This document shows positions 28,601 to 38,478 of a DNA stretch of 64,000 bases, one piece after another (positions within the stretch are counted from its first letter, which is position 1; each line of letters opens with the position of its first letter). Origin of the DNA: Candidatus Bathyarchaeum tardum (GTDB taxonomy: Archaea; Thermoproteota; Bathyarchaeia; Bathyarchaeales; Bathyarchaeaceae); assembly GCA_024650005.2 (NCBI GenBank), contig CP122380.1, positions 416,001 to 480,000 on the forward strand, read 5' to 3'. Under the pieces are notes generated by a model, which was not told the DNA's origin, made no database searches, and was given only the letters and a program-made list of their open reading frames with translations. Both the position numbers and the translations under genes were made by a program.

Positions 28601-29662
28601 ATGGCACAAACCGCAATGAACCGACCACAACTATATATGATGACTTGGAGATGTACAAGGGCCTGCAACTACAACTGTTTACACTGCAGTTTTGCTTCAA
28701 ATCCTTATGCGATCAATGAAATTGACACTGAAGGCGGAAAACGCATAGTTGATCAACTTCATGCAATGGGTACAAAATGGTTCGGACTAAGCGGTGGAGA
28801 ACCCCTAGTAAGGAAAGACATTTTTGAAATTATTGAACATGCAAAAAGCCTTGGAATGAACGTGAGTGTCATTACAAATGGTTATTTTGTTAAAGGCGAA
28901 ATTCTAGATAACCTAATAAAAAATGAGGTCATGACTGCTATAAGCCTAGAAGGCACCGAAAAAACAAATGACATGACCCGCGGAAAAGGCACTTACAAAA
29001 CAGCCATCCATGCAATGAAGAATTTGTCTGAAGTTGGGCTTTTTGATTGCATTGTGTCTACTTTAAACAAGAATAACTGTTCAGAGGTTGATCACATTGC
29101 TGAGTTGGGATATAAATATCACGCCACTCGGGTAGTTTATCACAATTATATTCCTGTTGGCAGAGCACAAGAACACCTAGAGTTAGCTCCCACTCCTGAA
29201 CAATATGAAGTAACTTTGAATCGAATCTATGACTTAATGCAAGAATACAAAAATAAACTTAGCATCAACGTTTACTGCCCATTCTTTGCCCGAATAGCCA
29301 AAGAACGCGGAATGCCTGATTTTGATTACTGGTTTAACAACGTTTTTCTTGGTCAGTGTTTCATCGGCGGCAGATACATGGGTCTGCTAGAAAACGGTGA
29401 CATTCGTCCCTGTGGATTTAATGAAGGCTACCGAATGGGAAATATCAAAAACAAATCCATGACCGAACTTTGGAACGAAATGCAAGACACAGAATTCACC
29501 AAGAAACTTCGAGACCGCCGAAACCTGAAAGGCAAATGTGGAGTTTGTGAATACCGCGAAATCTGTGGTGGCTGCAGAACCCGAGCAGAAATTTACACTG
29601 GCGATCTGTTCGAATCTGACCCAGCTTGCGCTTATATTCCAAAACTGCTAAGAGAAAAATAG
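28601..29662 (+). CDS. Radical SAM/SPASM protein, paralog 3
   Basis: CNYNCLHC and SPASM motif; near-duplicate of 7880..8950. Confidence 0.9.
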   Translation: MAQTAMNRPQLYMMTWRCTRACNYNCLHCSFASNPYAINEIDTEGGKRIVDQLHAMGTKWFGLSGGEPLVRKDIFEIIEHAKSLGMNVSVITNGYFVKGEILDNLIKNEVMTAISLEGTEKTNDMTRGKGTYKTAIHAMKNLSEVGLFDCIVSTLNKNNCSEVDHIAELGYKYHATRVVYHNYIPVGRAQEHLELAPTPEQYEVTLNRIYDLMQEYKNKLSINVYCPFFARIAKERGMPDFDYWFNNVFLGQCFIGGRYMGLLENGDIRPCGFNEGYRMGNIKNKSMTELWNEMQDTEFTKKLRDRRNLKGKCGVCEYREICGGCRTRAEIYTGDLFESDPACAYIPKLLREK

Positions 29663-29670
29663 AAAAAATT

Positions 29671-30963
29671 TTATTTTTCTGCGAATTCCCACGCGATGTT
29701 AGCTTTCCACAGGTCTCCGAGTTCTGTGAGTTTAATCTCTTCGTCGTTGATTTCGATTAGACCTTTCTTTTGTAGTCGTTTTAGTTGCTCGGGGTAAACA
29801 TCTTCAGGAATTTTTTCAAACTTTTCTTGGAACTCCGCTTTGATTACTGGCAAACGCAGGTAAAGTTTTGTCATTACTTTGCGCATCATTTCTTTTTCTG
29901 TAGACTCCGAAAGCCTAGCAATTGGGAATCTTCCTGCGTTTACTGCGGCGACGTATTCTTGTGCATTTTCAATGTTGGAATACGAAAATCTTTGCAGATA
30001 ACCCATGAAACATCCTGCACCAGTTGTTAAGATGCCTGCCCATGGCCATCCGTTAAGACAGTTCTCTTTAGCGTGCCATATATCTCGTGAGTATCTGTCG
30101 TGCCCGATGGGAGTGTATCCGGCTTCTTTGAACAACTCGTAGGCTGCGACGTACATTTCTTTTTCCAGTTCTTTATCGCCCTGAGGTGGAACTTTTCCTT
30201 CTTTGATTTGTTTATCAAGAACGGTTCCCGGACTTACTTCAAGGCAGTATGCGTCTACTTCTGCGTCTAACTCGATTGCCTTCTTTACTGAATCAACCCA
30301 GCTTTCCAAAGTTTGACCCGGAATGTTATACATAATGTCAATACAAACACACATTCCAAGTTTGCGTGCTAGTTTAACTTCTTCTGCAACATGTTCAGCG
30401 CTGTCAGGTAAGTTGAGCATTCTTCTAAGTTTGTCGTCAAACGTTTGTGCACCCATGTCGACTTGGTAAACTCCGTAGTCTGCGGCTGCAACTAATTTTT
30501 CTTTGGAGAAACTCCTTGAAGAACCAGTAATTTTAATGAAATAGTCGTCGACTGTGTTGAAGTTGTCCTCACAGAATTTGATTAAACCAAACATTTGCTC
30601 AATATTCATGAGGCTTGGAGTTCCACCACCCAAAACAATTTCATCAAACTCGCTGGTTTGAACATATTTTGTTTTGGCGTACATCATCAATTCTTTCTTC
30701 AGAGCCTCAAGGTACGGCTCCATCATGCTACTTGAATAAGGATTGTTGGGATAATAACAAAACGTACACCGAGAATCACAGAAAGAAATCCATGGCTGAA
30801 GTTCCATTACTTTGTTGGATGTGTTTTCGGTAGACAAAAACTCCATGAAAGCTTCGTAGGTTTCTGGAGCAATATCTGCACAATCTCGATAAGTGTAGGG
30901 GGGCCAACTCTCTCGGGAGTCGTAACTGTTTTCTTTTTCTGTTTCTGGGCTAGACTTTTTCAT
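29671..30963 (-). CDS. HemN-like (class C) radical SAM enzyme
   Basis: WISFCDSRCTFC, LGGGTPS, MGAQTF, DIMYNIPGQT and HemN-type C-terminus (LKRLQKKGLI..LTELG); ATG 30963 taken as start. Confidence 0.85.
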   Translation of the reverse strand: MKKSSPETEKENSYDSRESWPPYTYRDCADIAPETYEAFMEFLSTENTSNKVMELQPWISFCDSRCTFCYYPNNPYSSSMMEPYLEALKKELMMYAKTKYVQTSEFDEIVLGGGTPSLMNIEQMFGLIKFCEDNFNTVDDYFIKITGSSRSFSKEKLVAAADYGVYQVDMGAQTFDDKLRRMLNLPDSAEHVAEEVKLARKLGMCVCIDIMYNIPGQTLESWVDSVKKAIELDAEVDAYCLEVSPGTVLDKQIKEGKVPPQGDKELEKEMYVAAYELFKEAGYTPIGHDRYSRDIWHAKENCLNGWPWAGILTTGAGCFMGYLQRFSYSNIENAQEYVAAVNAGRFPIARLSESTEKEMMRKVMTKLYLRLPVIKAEFQEKFEKIPEDVYPEQLKRLQKKGLIEINDEEIKLTELGDLWKANIAWEFAEK

Positions 30964-31038
30964 AATGGGTTTCCCCAGATAGTATCCTATCAACTACTTA
31001 CCGCTAATATAAACTTGCGTTTTTAAAACCTGTCACAC

Positions 31039-31638
31039 TTACCACATTTTCGGAGCCGTAATTGTTTCCGGATGCTCAGATTCTCCCCGAATAACCACAA
31101 TTTTTCGGAACCTATCCACAATAAAAGATAAAAACAACGCTACATACGATGTCGCCTGCAACGGCAAACGGATTCCTTTCAGAATCGGCATAATAAAAGG
31201 CATGTATGTGCGGTCTTCGGCCAAAAAATCGTAAAACTTTTTGGTGCTTCGTTTTGCTTCTTTGTAAGCTTGTTTTCGGTCTTCAGGTTTTATAATAACT
31301 GAAGTGTCCGCCATGAAGGCAGTGTCAAAAACATTTTCTCGGAAAGGAAGAGCCAAAATTGACGCCAATACTACATGTTTTCCTGTGGTTTTTGCTCGTT
31401 TGAGCATTTCTTTACTGAAGTCCACGCCCACATCTGCGTAATCCAAGAATCTGCCGTTGCCGCATCCTAGGTCTAGGATTTTGCCTTTTTGTTTTTTGAG
31501 AAAGTTTCTCAGTTTGTTATCGTTTAAGTTAAAATAAAACCCGAACAGAAAAGGCAGCGTCTGAAAATAGATGGGAGAAAAGTTGCTCCAGTATTTTGGT
31601 TTGTCGTATTCAGAAAGCCACTCATATTCGGGTTTCAT
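31039..31638 (-). CDS. Class I SAM-dependent methyltransferase
   Basis: ILDLGCGNG, VGVDFS and LPFRENVFD motifs. Confidence 0.85.
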   Translation of the reverse strand: MKPEYEWLSEYDKPKYWSNFSPIYFQTLPFLFGFYFNLNDNKLRNFLKKQKGKILDLGCGNGRFLDYADVGVDFSKEMLKRAKTTGKHVVLASILALPFRENVFDTAFMADTSVIIKPEDRKQAYKEAKRSTKKFYDFLAEDRTYMPFIMPILKGIRLPLQATSYVALFLSFIVDRFRKIVVIRGESEHPETITAPKMW

Positions 31639-31707
31639 GCTGGAAACGTCTCCTAGTGACTTTTAGAAGTGAATACACTATTTTAAGTAAATTGTTATAA
31701 ACTAAGC

Positions 31708-33117
31708 CTATTTGTGGTGATACTTTTCGGCTAGGTTCACAAAATTTTCCGCAATTTTTGTGTCAAAGGCAAAATAAACAAGCCCAACCATCGCCAAAAG
31801 GTTGCTTACCATTATTCCCTCGTTCGTGCCATTGATTCCCTTTCCTATTCTCATCTTGAATGCAAACTTTGTATCCTTGGGAATGTCTATAATCTTGAAA
31901 AACCGAAAATCATTTCCCTGAATAATTGACCCTTTCCGAGTCAACAAATTATCCTTTATCGTTTCCATCCGCGAAGAATCCAAAGCCTGCATCTTCCACC
32001 CAATTACAGACTTTCCCGAAATTGCCCCAACCATCGGAAATGTGGAGCCCTCAAAATCAGTTATGGATTTGGTTAAATACATCGAACTTCCCTGCTCGCT
32101 GTAAATTGGCATTTCATCGTAAACTGCATCTTTGACTTTTTTTAACATGTTTTTGTTTGTCGACAACTTCTCTGCAATCCTGTCAGGGAAACCTCCTGGA
32201 AAATACAATCCATCAATGTTTTCTGGAAGTTCTCGGTCGTTAACTGGACTAAAAAACACAATCTTTGCACCATAAGCTTCCAAAAGATCAAGGTTGTCGG
32301 GATTATGGCAACTAAATGCTTCGTCAAATGCTACTCCAATTCTAACTGTTTGTTTCCTTTTGGTTGTTGGATACACTTTATGTTCGATGTCTGGTAGTTC
32401 TTTGGCTTGTTTTGCGATTTCTACAATTTTGTCAACTTCAACATGGGCTGAAACGTGTTCTATAAGGTCAGCAACTGTTTGTTTTAACCCGTTTTGTTCA
32501 GGAACTGGAACCAGTCCCCCCCGTCTGGGGGGCATTACAATGTTTGGGTTGTAGGGAATCATGCCTAGAATTGGAATTTTTGTGGCTGAACCCACAGCTT
32601 TTTTGAGCCATGGTTCTTGTTGCCAGTCTCTAACATTGTTTATAACTATGCCTTTGATGTTAATCTGTTTGGTTAACACTTTGAAGATGTTCATAACCGC
32701 GTGGATTACTTCTGCGCGGTGCATCCACAAACTGCCAATGTCCAAAACCAAAACAATGGGCGCCCGTAAGAGTCGAGCAATATGGGCTGTGCCTTCAAAG
32801 TCTTTGACTCCATCTATCTCTCGGGGGATTCCTTGAAAGATTCCTCCTGCGCCTTCAATAACTGCAATGTCAACGTTTTTTGCTGTGCGTTGAAAGCTTT
32901 CAAGAACAGTTCTTTGAGACGTAAGCCAAGCATCCAAATGTCTAGACTGTTTGTTGGTTACTTGGTTATGATAAGTTGCGTCAATGTGGTCGGGGCCAGA
33001 CTTGAAGGTTTGAATGTTTAGCCCTTTTTTGATTAATGCGCCCATTAATCCGGTGGCAACTGTTGTTTTTCCTCCTTCGCCGTAAAGGCCTGCGATAACA
33101 ACTCTGGGAACGTTCAT
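31708..33117 (-). CDS. cbiA: Divergent cobyrinate a,c-diamide synthase (CbiA/CobB/CfbB family) with degenerate glutaminase domain
   Basis: PRVVIAG..GGKTT, FKSGPDHID, HLDAW, IEG, DEAF and GLYFPGGFP; SEQG in place of AECG; ATG 33117 after AGGA. Confidence 0.75.
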   Translation of the reverse strand: MNVPRVVIAGLYGEGGKTTVATGLMGALIKKGLNIQTFKSGPDHIDATYHNQVTNKQSRHLDAWLTSQRTVLESFQRTAKNVDIAVIEGAGGIFQGIPREIDGVKDFEGTAHIARLLRAPIVLVLDIGSLWMHRAEVIHAVMNIFKVLTKQINIKGIVINNVRDWQQEPWLKKAVGSATKIPILGMIPYNPNIVMPPRRGGLVPVPEQNGLKQTVADLIEHVSAHVEVDKIVEIAKQAKELPDIEHKVYPTTKRKQTVRIGVAFDEAFSCHNPDNLDLLEAYGAKIVFFSPVNDRELPENIDGLYFPGGFPDRIAEKLSTNKNMLKKVKDAVYDEMPIYSEQGSSMYLTKSITDFEGSTFPMVGAISGKSVIGWKMQALDSSRMETIKDNLLTRKGSIIQGNDFRFFKIIDIPKDTKFAFKMRIGKGINGTNEGIMVSNLLAMVGLVYFAFDTKIAENFVNLAEKYHHK

Positions 33118-33320
33118 GTTTTTTCCTGCATAACTTGTTTTGGTGTTCGAGGTTGCAGAATCAATTAAACACTTTGTCAAGGAAATATAAGATTTAGTAT
33201 CAGCCCATTTGTTGAACTCAAAAAAACGGTCAATTTTTTCTGTTTGTGTCCCACATTATATTTATTAGTAGCGCACTTTGTCTAATGTTACACTAAAAAA
33301 TTTGAGGACGAATTGTAAGG

Positions 33321-34709
33321 ATGCAGGTAACTCTTGTAAATCCACCTTATCCTGAAGGTTCCCATCGACATCCCCCCTTCATTCCTTTGGGTATTGGATA
33401 TTTGGCTGCAGTTTTAGAAAAAAACGGATTTGAGGTTAACGTTATCGACCTTCAAGCCCTGCCCCTCCCCTTAAACGAAGTAGAATCCGAACTACGCAAA
33501 CGAAAACCCGACCTAGTTGGGTTGACTTCTACTACTCTGACTTACAAGTCTGCCCTCAGAGTAATCAGGGTCGCGAAGAAAGCGTTGCCTGAGTGTGTGA
33601 CTGTTATTGGTGGTTCTCATGTTACTTTCTGGGACGAAAATGCCCTGAAAGAATGTCCTGAGTTAGATATTGTTGTGCGAAAAGAAGGCGAAAACACCTT
33701 ACTAGAAATCGTTCAACGCCTTGAATCCGGAAAAAGCTATGATGATGTTATCGGATTAACTTGCAGAAAAGGCGCAGAAATAATCAAAACTGAAGACCGT
33801 CCTTACATCGAAAACTTGGATGCGCTTCCTTATCCTGCGTTTCATTTGTTTCCTATCGAGCAGTTCAACAAATATGGAAACATCATTTTTCCTTTAATGA
33901 CCAGCCGGGGATGCACTTTTTGGTGTGATTTTTGTTCGGCGGTTAGAATGTTTGGTCAAAGGTACCGTATGCGTAGCCCCAAAAAGGTTGTTGACGAACT
34001 TGAGTTTCTTTACAAAAAGTATGGTGAAAAACAGTACACCTTCTATGACGATGCTTTCACAGTTAATCAAAAACGAACCGAAGAATTGTGCGATGAAATT
34101 CTTCGTCGGGGATTAAAAATTAGGTGGGACTGTGAAACTCGGATAGATATGGTTTCAAAACCGTTGCTTGAGAAGATGCACAAAGCTGGTTGCATCGCTG
34201 TGTGGTATGGTGTTGAAGCTGGCTCTCAAGATGTTCGGGATGCCATGGGGAAAGGGATTTCCACTAGCCAAACTTTTAACGCTTTCAAGTGGACCCAAGA
34301 AGCTGGTATGATTGCGGTTGCCAGTATTATTCTTGGTTTTCCAGGTGAAACTAAAGAAACTGCAATGGAAAGTAGTGGCCTTTTGCGTAAACTTAATCCT
34401 GACGAGATTGGAGTTTACATTGCAACTCCGTATCCTGGAACTCCTATGTATGATTACGTTAAAAAGATGGGCTGGCTGCGGATCCACGACTTTGATCGTT
34501 ACGACACTGCTACTCCAATTTTTGAATCTCCAAACATGACTATGCAAGAAATCAGGGGAATTCACGACAAAATCCATCAAAGCTTCTATATTCGACCAAC
34601 TTACATATTGCGTGCCTTCAGAAAAGGTGGAGTATACGGTTATTCCACAACCCGAACAGCGTTGGCGTGGCTTCGAAGGTTGATTGCTTCTAAAATCGGT
34701 TTACGTTAA
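33321..34709 (+). CDS. B12-binding (class B) radical SAM protein, paralog 1
   Basis: LVNPP, PLGIGYLAA, GGSHVT, EGE, SRGCTFWCDFC, DDAF, GVEAG and TPYPGT. Confidence 0.92.
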   Translation: MQVTLVNPPYPEGSHRHPPFIPLGIGYLAAVLEKNGFEVNVIDLQALPLPLNEVESELRKRKPDLVGLTSTTLTYKSALRVIRVAKKALPECVTVIGGSHVTFWDENALKECPELDIVVRKEGENTLLEIVQRLESGKSYDDVIGLTCRKGAEIIKTEDRPYIENLDALPYPAFHLFPIEQFNKYGNIIFPLMTSRGCTFWCDFCSAVRMFGQRYRMRSPKKVVDELEFLYKKYGEKQYTFYDDAFTVNQKRTEELCDEILRRGLKIRWDCETRIDMVSKPLLEKMHKAGCIAVWYGVEAGSQDVRDAMGKGISTSQTFNAFKWTQEAGMIAVASIILGFPGETKETAMESSGLLRKLNPDEIGVYIATPYPGTPMYDYVKKMGWLRIHDFDRYDTATPIFESPNMTMQEIRGIHDKIHQSFYIRPTYILRAFRKGGVYGYSTTRTALAWLRRLIASKIGLR

Positions 34710-34752
34710 TTAGATTCATTATATGATTTCGTTTGCTGGAGGAACCTTTCAG

Positions 34753-35841
34753 TTGCAGAAACGCAAACTAGGACGAACTGGTCTTGAAGTCTCTGTAGTT
34801 GGCTTTGGTGGAACATGGATTTCAGAACTACCCCTTGATGATGCAGTAAAGATTGTTCAACGAGCTTTTGAGCTTGGAATTAACTATTTTGACACAGCAA
34901 AACTCGATGGAGACAGCGAAGAAAAACTTGGGGCAGCCTTGAAGGATGTGCGTGATGGATGTGTTTTGGCTACAAAAACTGCTTCTCGAACAAAAAGTGA
35001 GTCTTTGGATGACTTCAAAAACAGTTTACGTTGTCTGCAAACTGACTGGCTAGATTTGATTCAACTTCATGGAGTGGACGACGTCAAAACCCTTCAGAAA
35101 GCAATGGGTCCGGGAGGATCTTTAGATATGTGCAGAAAAGCCCGTTCTGAGGGGTTGGTGGATTTTATTGGAATTACTGGTCATAAGCCTCGGGTGTTGA
35201 TTGAAGCAATCAAAACTAACGAGTTTGACACGGTTTTGGTTCCCCTTAACATAATAACTAGGCAAGCCCTTGATGAACTGATTCCCCTTGCTAACGACCT
35301 AGACATCGGGGTAATCGCAATGAAGCCTTTGATGGCAAAAACTTCTAGGCTCATAACGTGTTTGTATCAACCCTCCCTTTCGTTGTTGTCCGACGAGCCC
35401 GAACTGAAATCGTTACTTGGGCAAGATGTTTCTTCAAAGGTTCATAATGCCCTTAGTTATGTTTTAGACCAAGACGTTTCCGTAGCTATCACGGGATTCA
35501 AATCAGTAGAAGAAGTTGAAACAGCCGCACAGATAGGAAACAACTACAACCAGCTAACGAATAAACAAAAAAGCCGATTTAGTGTCAAATTTGAGCAACC
35601 TTATTGTCGGGACTGTGGGCTGTGTTTTCCTTGCCCAGAAACCTTAGACATTGCTGCAATTCTTCGGTTTAAAACCCTTTACGAAACTTATGGCTTGAAA
35701 AATTGGGCAAAAAAACTGTACAGTGGACTTCCAACTAATGCATCTAGTTGCACAAATTGTGGAGAATGTGAACCAAAGTGCCCATACAATTTGCCTGTTG
35801 TTTCTATGCTTAAGCAGTGTCAGAATGATTTAGGGCGTTAA
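34753..35841 (+). CDS. Aldo/keto reductase with C-terminal 4Fe-4S dicluster domain
   Basis: RKLGRTGLEVS, GINYFDTA, ATK, LDLIQLH; CRDCGLCFPC and CTNCGECEPKCP; SD GGAGG before TTG 34753. Confidence 0.88.
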   Translation: MQKRKLGRTGLEVSVVGFGGTWISELPLDDAVKIVQRAFELGINYFDTAKLDGDSEEKLGAALKDVRDGCVLATKTASRTKSESLDDFKNSLRCLQTDWLDLIQLHGVDDVKTLQKAMGPGGSLDMCRKARSEGLVDFIGITGHKPRVLIEAIKTNEFDTVLVPLNIITRQALDELIPLANDLDIGVIAMKPLMAKTSRLITCLYQPSLSLLSDEPELKSLLGQDVSSKVHNALSYVLDQDVSVAITGFKSVEEVETAAQIGNNYNQLTNKQKSRFSVKFEQPYCRDCGLCFPCPETLDIAAILRFKTLYETYGLKNWAKKLYSGLPTNASSCTNCGECEPKCPYNLPVVSMLKQCQNDLGR

Positions 35842-35911
35842 TTTCATAAGCTATGTGCTCCTTTTTGTGTTTGTTTGAGTGTAGCTGCAACTGGAGACCT
35901 GAAAGTAAAAG

Positions 35912-36613
35912 ATGGTTATAGGTCAAGTTCTAGGTTTAGCGTATTTGGTGATGCATCCTTCCCAGTTAAAACATCTTGTAATAAAACACACGCGCTACAA
36001 ACACCGAAACCAAACCAAACCCAAATGGATCGAATGGCAAAAATACAACAGCTCACGAATTGAAGCCGCCCTAAAAGCCCATGGAGCAGAAGCCCTGTTG
36101 CGACCTTTTAATGTGGCACGAATACAAACAATTTCTAACATGGTTCTCCCCCTAGGCAAAGGACTACAAATCCTAGACGTAGGCGGCGGGGACGGATTAA
36201 TCGGAGAACACTTATGGAAAATGCAAAACAATATAGCAACCATAGACCTGCCAACAGTTTCTGCCCAGTCACATAAACGTGAATTTTTATTCGCTGTAAC
36301 TGGGGACGCAGAAGAATTGCCTTTCAAACTAAACGGTTTTGATGTTGTAATAGCCTCCGAAATAGTCGAACACCTATGGGATCCAAACAGTTTCTTGGAT
36401 GATGCTTACAAGATTTTGAAAACTGGGGGGCATTTAATCATTTCAACCCCCGATGGTGTTGAAGGGTTGCGTTATGATTCTCATAAACATTACTACACTG
36501 TTGAAATTCTGGAAAAGTTGCTCGCTTCACGATTCAGTTTAGTTCAAATGAAACGTTTAACTGATGTGGGGACTCCAACTCCCACCATTATTGTGATGTT
36601 CCAAAAAATTTAG
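35912..36613 (+). CDS. Class I SAM-dependent methyltransferase
   Basis: ILDVGGGDG, GDAEELPF, FDVVIASEIVEHL and LKTGGHLIISTP. Confidence 0.88.
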   Translation: MVIGQVLGLAYLVMHPSQLKHLVIKHTRYKHRNQTKPKWIEWQKYNSSRIEAALKAHGAEALLRPFNVARIQTISNMVLPLGKGLQILDVGGGDGLIGEHLWKMQNNIATIDLPTVSAQSHKREFLFAVTGDAEELPFKLNGFDVVIASEIVEHLWDPNSFLDDAYKILKTGGHLIISTPDGVEGLRYDSHKHYYTVEILEKLLASRFSLVQMKRLTDVGTPTPTIIVMFQKI

Positions 36614-38007
36614 AATATTTTTCGAACACGCCAAATGAGATGGTTCATTGCGGTTCGTGCCATTACTTTGCTGTAAAAGTTTTTCTTGAAAATGTGTCGC
36701 AGAACATATTTGGGTGAATAGAAACTGTCGTAGAATTTGCCTCGGATTGCATTTACGTCCGTTTCTGACAGGTTAGGGTTTTCAAACACTGGGATGGTTG
36801 TGTCATACCGTTTCCAGTCGTTAGAAATGGTCCAGCCTTTTTCTTCAATAATGTTTCTTAGCTCTGTTCCTGGGTACGGAGTAGCCACACAAATGTAAGC
36901 ATCATCGGGTTCGGCTTGTCTGAGTAAGTCAATTGTTTGCTCAAGCATCTCTCGGTTTTCGCCGGGATATCCAACCATGACAGAAACTGCAACAAACAAG
37001 CCCGCATCCTTGGCCAACTTTATTGCCCTTTTGTTTTGTTCAACAGAAGTTCCTTTATGGACTGCGTCCAAAATAGTTTGACAACCCGATTCTACTCCAA
37101 AAAAAACTTGCTGACAATTTGCGTCCCGCATAATTTTTAGCATCTCTTCGGATACTGTGCTCACACGAGTTTGACAATCCCATGGAATCCCAAGTTTTCT
37201 GTTTTTTATATCTTCACAGATTTGTATTGCCCGATTTTTATCTAGGGTAAATGTATCGTCATAAAAGGAAAACGCGTCTGCTCCATGTTCGTCTCGCAAC
37301 CATTCCAGTTCATCCACTACGTTTTTTGGGCTTCGAGCTCGGAAGGGTCGTCCAAAAATTCTGGAAGTAGTACAAAAGGAACACTGAGATGGACAGCCCC
37401 TGCTAGTAATAATTGGGAGCATTTTTCGTCCAAACAGACGATATTTTTCTAAATCAAAATGCTTGAATGCCGGACGAGGCAAATCATCAAGATTTTGAAT
37501 AAAAGGTCTGTCAGGGTTCTTGACCATTTGCCCGTTTTTTCTAAAAGTTATGCCCTGAATTGTGTCTAAAGTCTTCACGTTGCCGGCATTTTGTGCCAGT
37601 TCTAGAAGTGTTTGTTCTCCCTCTCCCCTAACTATTACGTCAACTGCTGGTTCTTCAGCAAGAACCTGTTTATCCATAAACGTGGCATGTGGACCACCCA
37701 AAACAACTGTTGACTGAGGGCATGCTTGTTTAGCGACCTGAGCCGACAAAACTGCTGACTGTATTGTAGGGGTCATGGAAGTGATTCCAATAATTTCCGG
37801 CTGAATAGATTCAAGTTTTGTCTTCAGCATATCTTGATTTATGTTCACTGCCGGGCAATCAATTACAGTTACTTCATGTCTGTTCTCTTCCAGAACTGCT
37901 GCCATGTACGCCAAACCAAGAGACAAATAAAGTTGATGACGATAAACTCCCTCCAGCGGTGGAGGATTAACCAGCGTTGTTTTGACTTTTTTGTTTGGTT
38001 CTGTCAA
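36610..38007 (-). CDS. B12-binding radical SAM protein, paralog 2
   Basis: LVNPP, GGPHAT, GEGE, SRGCPSQCSFC, DDTF and GVESG. Confidence 0.92.
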   Translation of the reverse strand: MTEPNKKVKTTLVNPPPLEGVYRHQLYLSLGLAYMAAVLEENRHEVTVIDCPAVNINQDMLKTKLESIQPEIIGITSMTPTIQSAVLSAQVAKQACPQSTVVLGGPHATFMDKQVLAEEPAVDVIVRGEGEQTLLELAQNAGNVKTLDTIQGITFRKNGQMVKNPDRPFIQNLDDLPRPAFKHFDLEKYRLFGRKMLPIITSRGCPSQCSFCTTSRIFGRPFRARSPKNVVDELEWLRDEHGADAFSFYDDTFTLDKNRAIQICEDIKNRKLGIPWDCQTRVSTVSEEMLKIMRDANCQQVFFGVESGCQTILDAVHKGTSVEQNKRAIKLAKDAGLFVAVSVMVGYPGENREMLEQTIDLLRQAEPDDAYICVATPYPGTELRNIIEEKGWTISNDWKRYDTTIPVFENPNLSETDVNAIRGKFYDSFYSPKYVLRHIFKKNFYSKVMARTAMNHLIWRVRKIF

Positions 38008-38131
38008 GTTTTACACCAATTTTGAAGTAACCGCTAGAATGTCAAACAGTTAGACCCTTTCTGCTCTATATCTTTATTGCATATACCCTATTTACTGCCT
38101 CGAAAAATTAACTTAATTTCGAGAATTGTCA

Positions 38132-38266
38132 CAAAATATTTAAACTCAACACTCTAACATACACAGCAGGCTAAAAAAGAGGAATAAAAAATAGAAATTT
38201 GCAAAAAAATAAAAAACCTATCTACTATCCATTTAATTCCTCCGTAGCAGTGTTCCTGCTACTTTT
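38132..38266 (+). pseudogene. Probable remnant (promoter, RBS, first codons, terminator) of a surface-protein gene related to 51998..54559
   Basis: TATA-like TTTAAA, SD GAGG, 28/39 nt ungapped identity of 38191-38229 to 51998-52036, then TAG and hairpin GTAGCAG/CTGCTAC + TTTT. Confidence 0.4.
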
Positions 38267-38478
38267 CCTTTATTGGTTTCAACTACAATCAATAATCTTT
38301 TTTTTGATTAAAGAGATTTAGTTTTCACGAAAAAATAACCATATGTTTCACATTTGTGCTGTATAATAGTAGTCTAATAGCACTGGGGTGTTGAAAAGTA
38401 GCTTTTTTTCTAAATTTTTTCTGCATGATGATATCTAATTTCTAAAGTTCATTTATCTATTGGAACTTTTTCCTGAAA

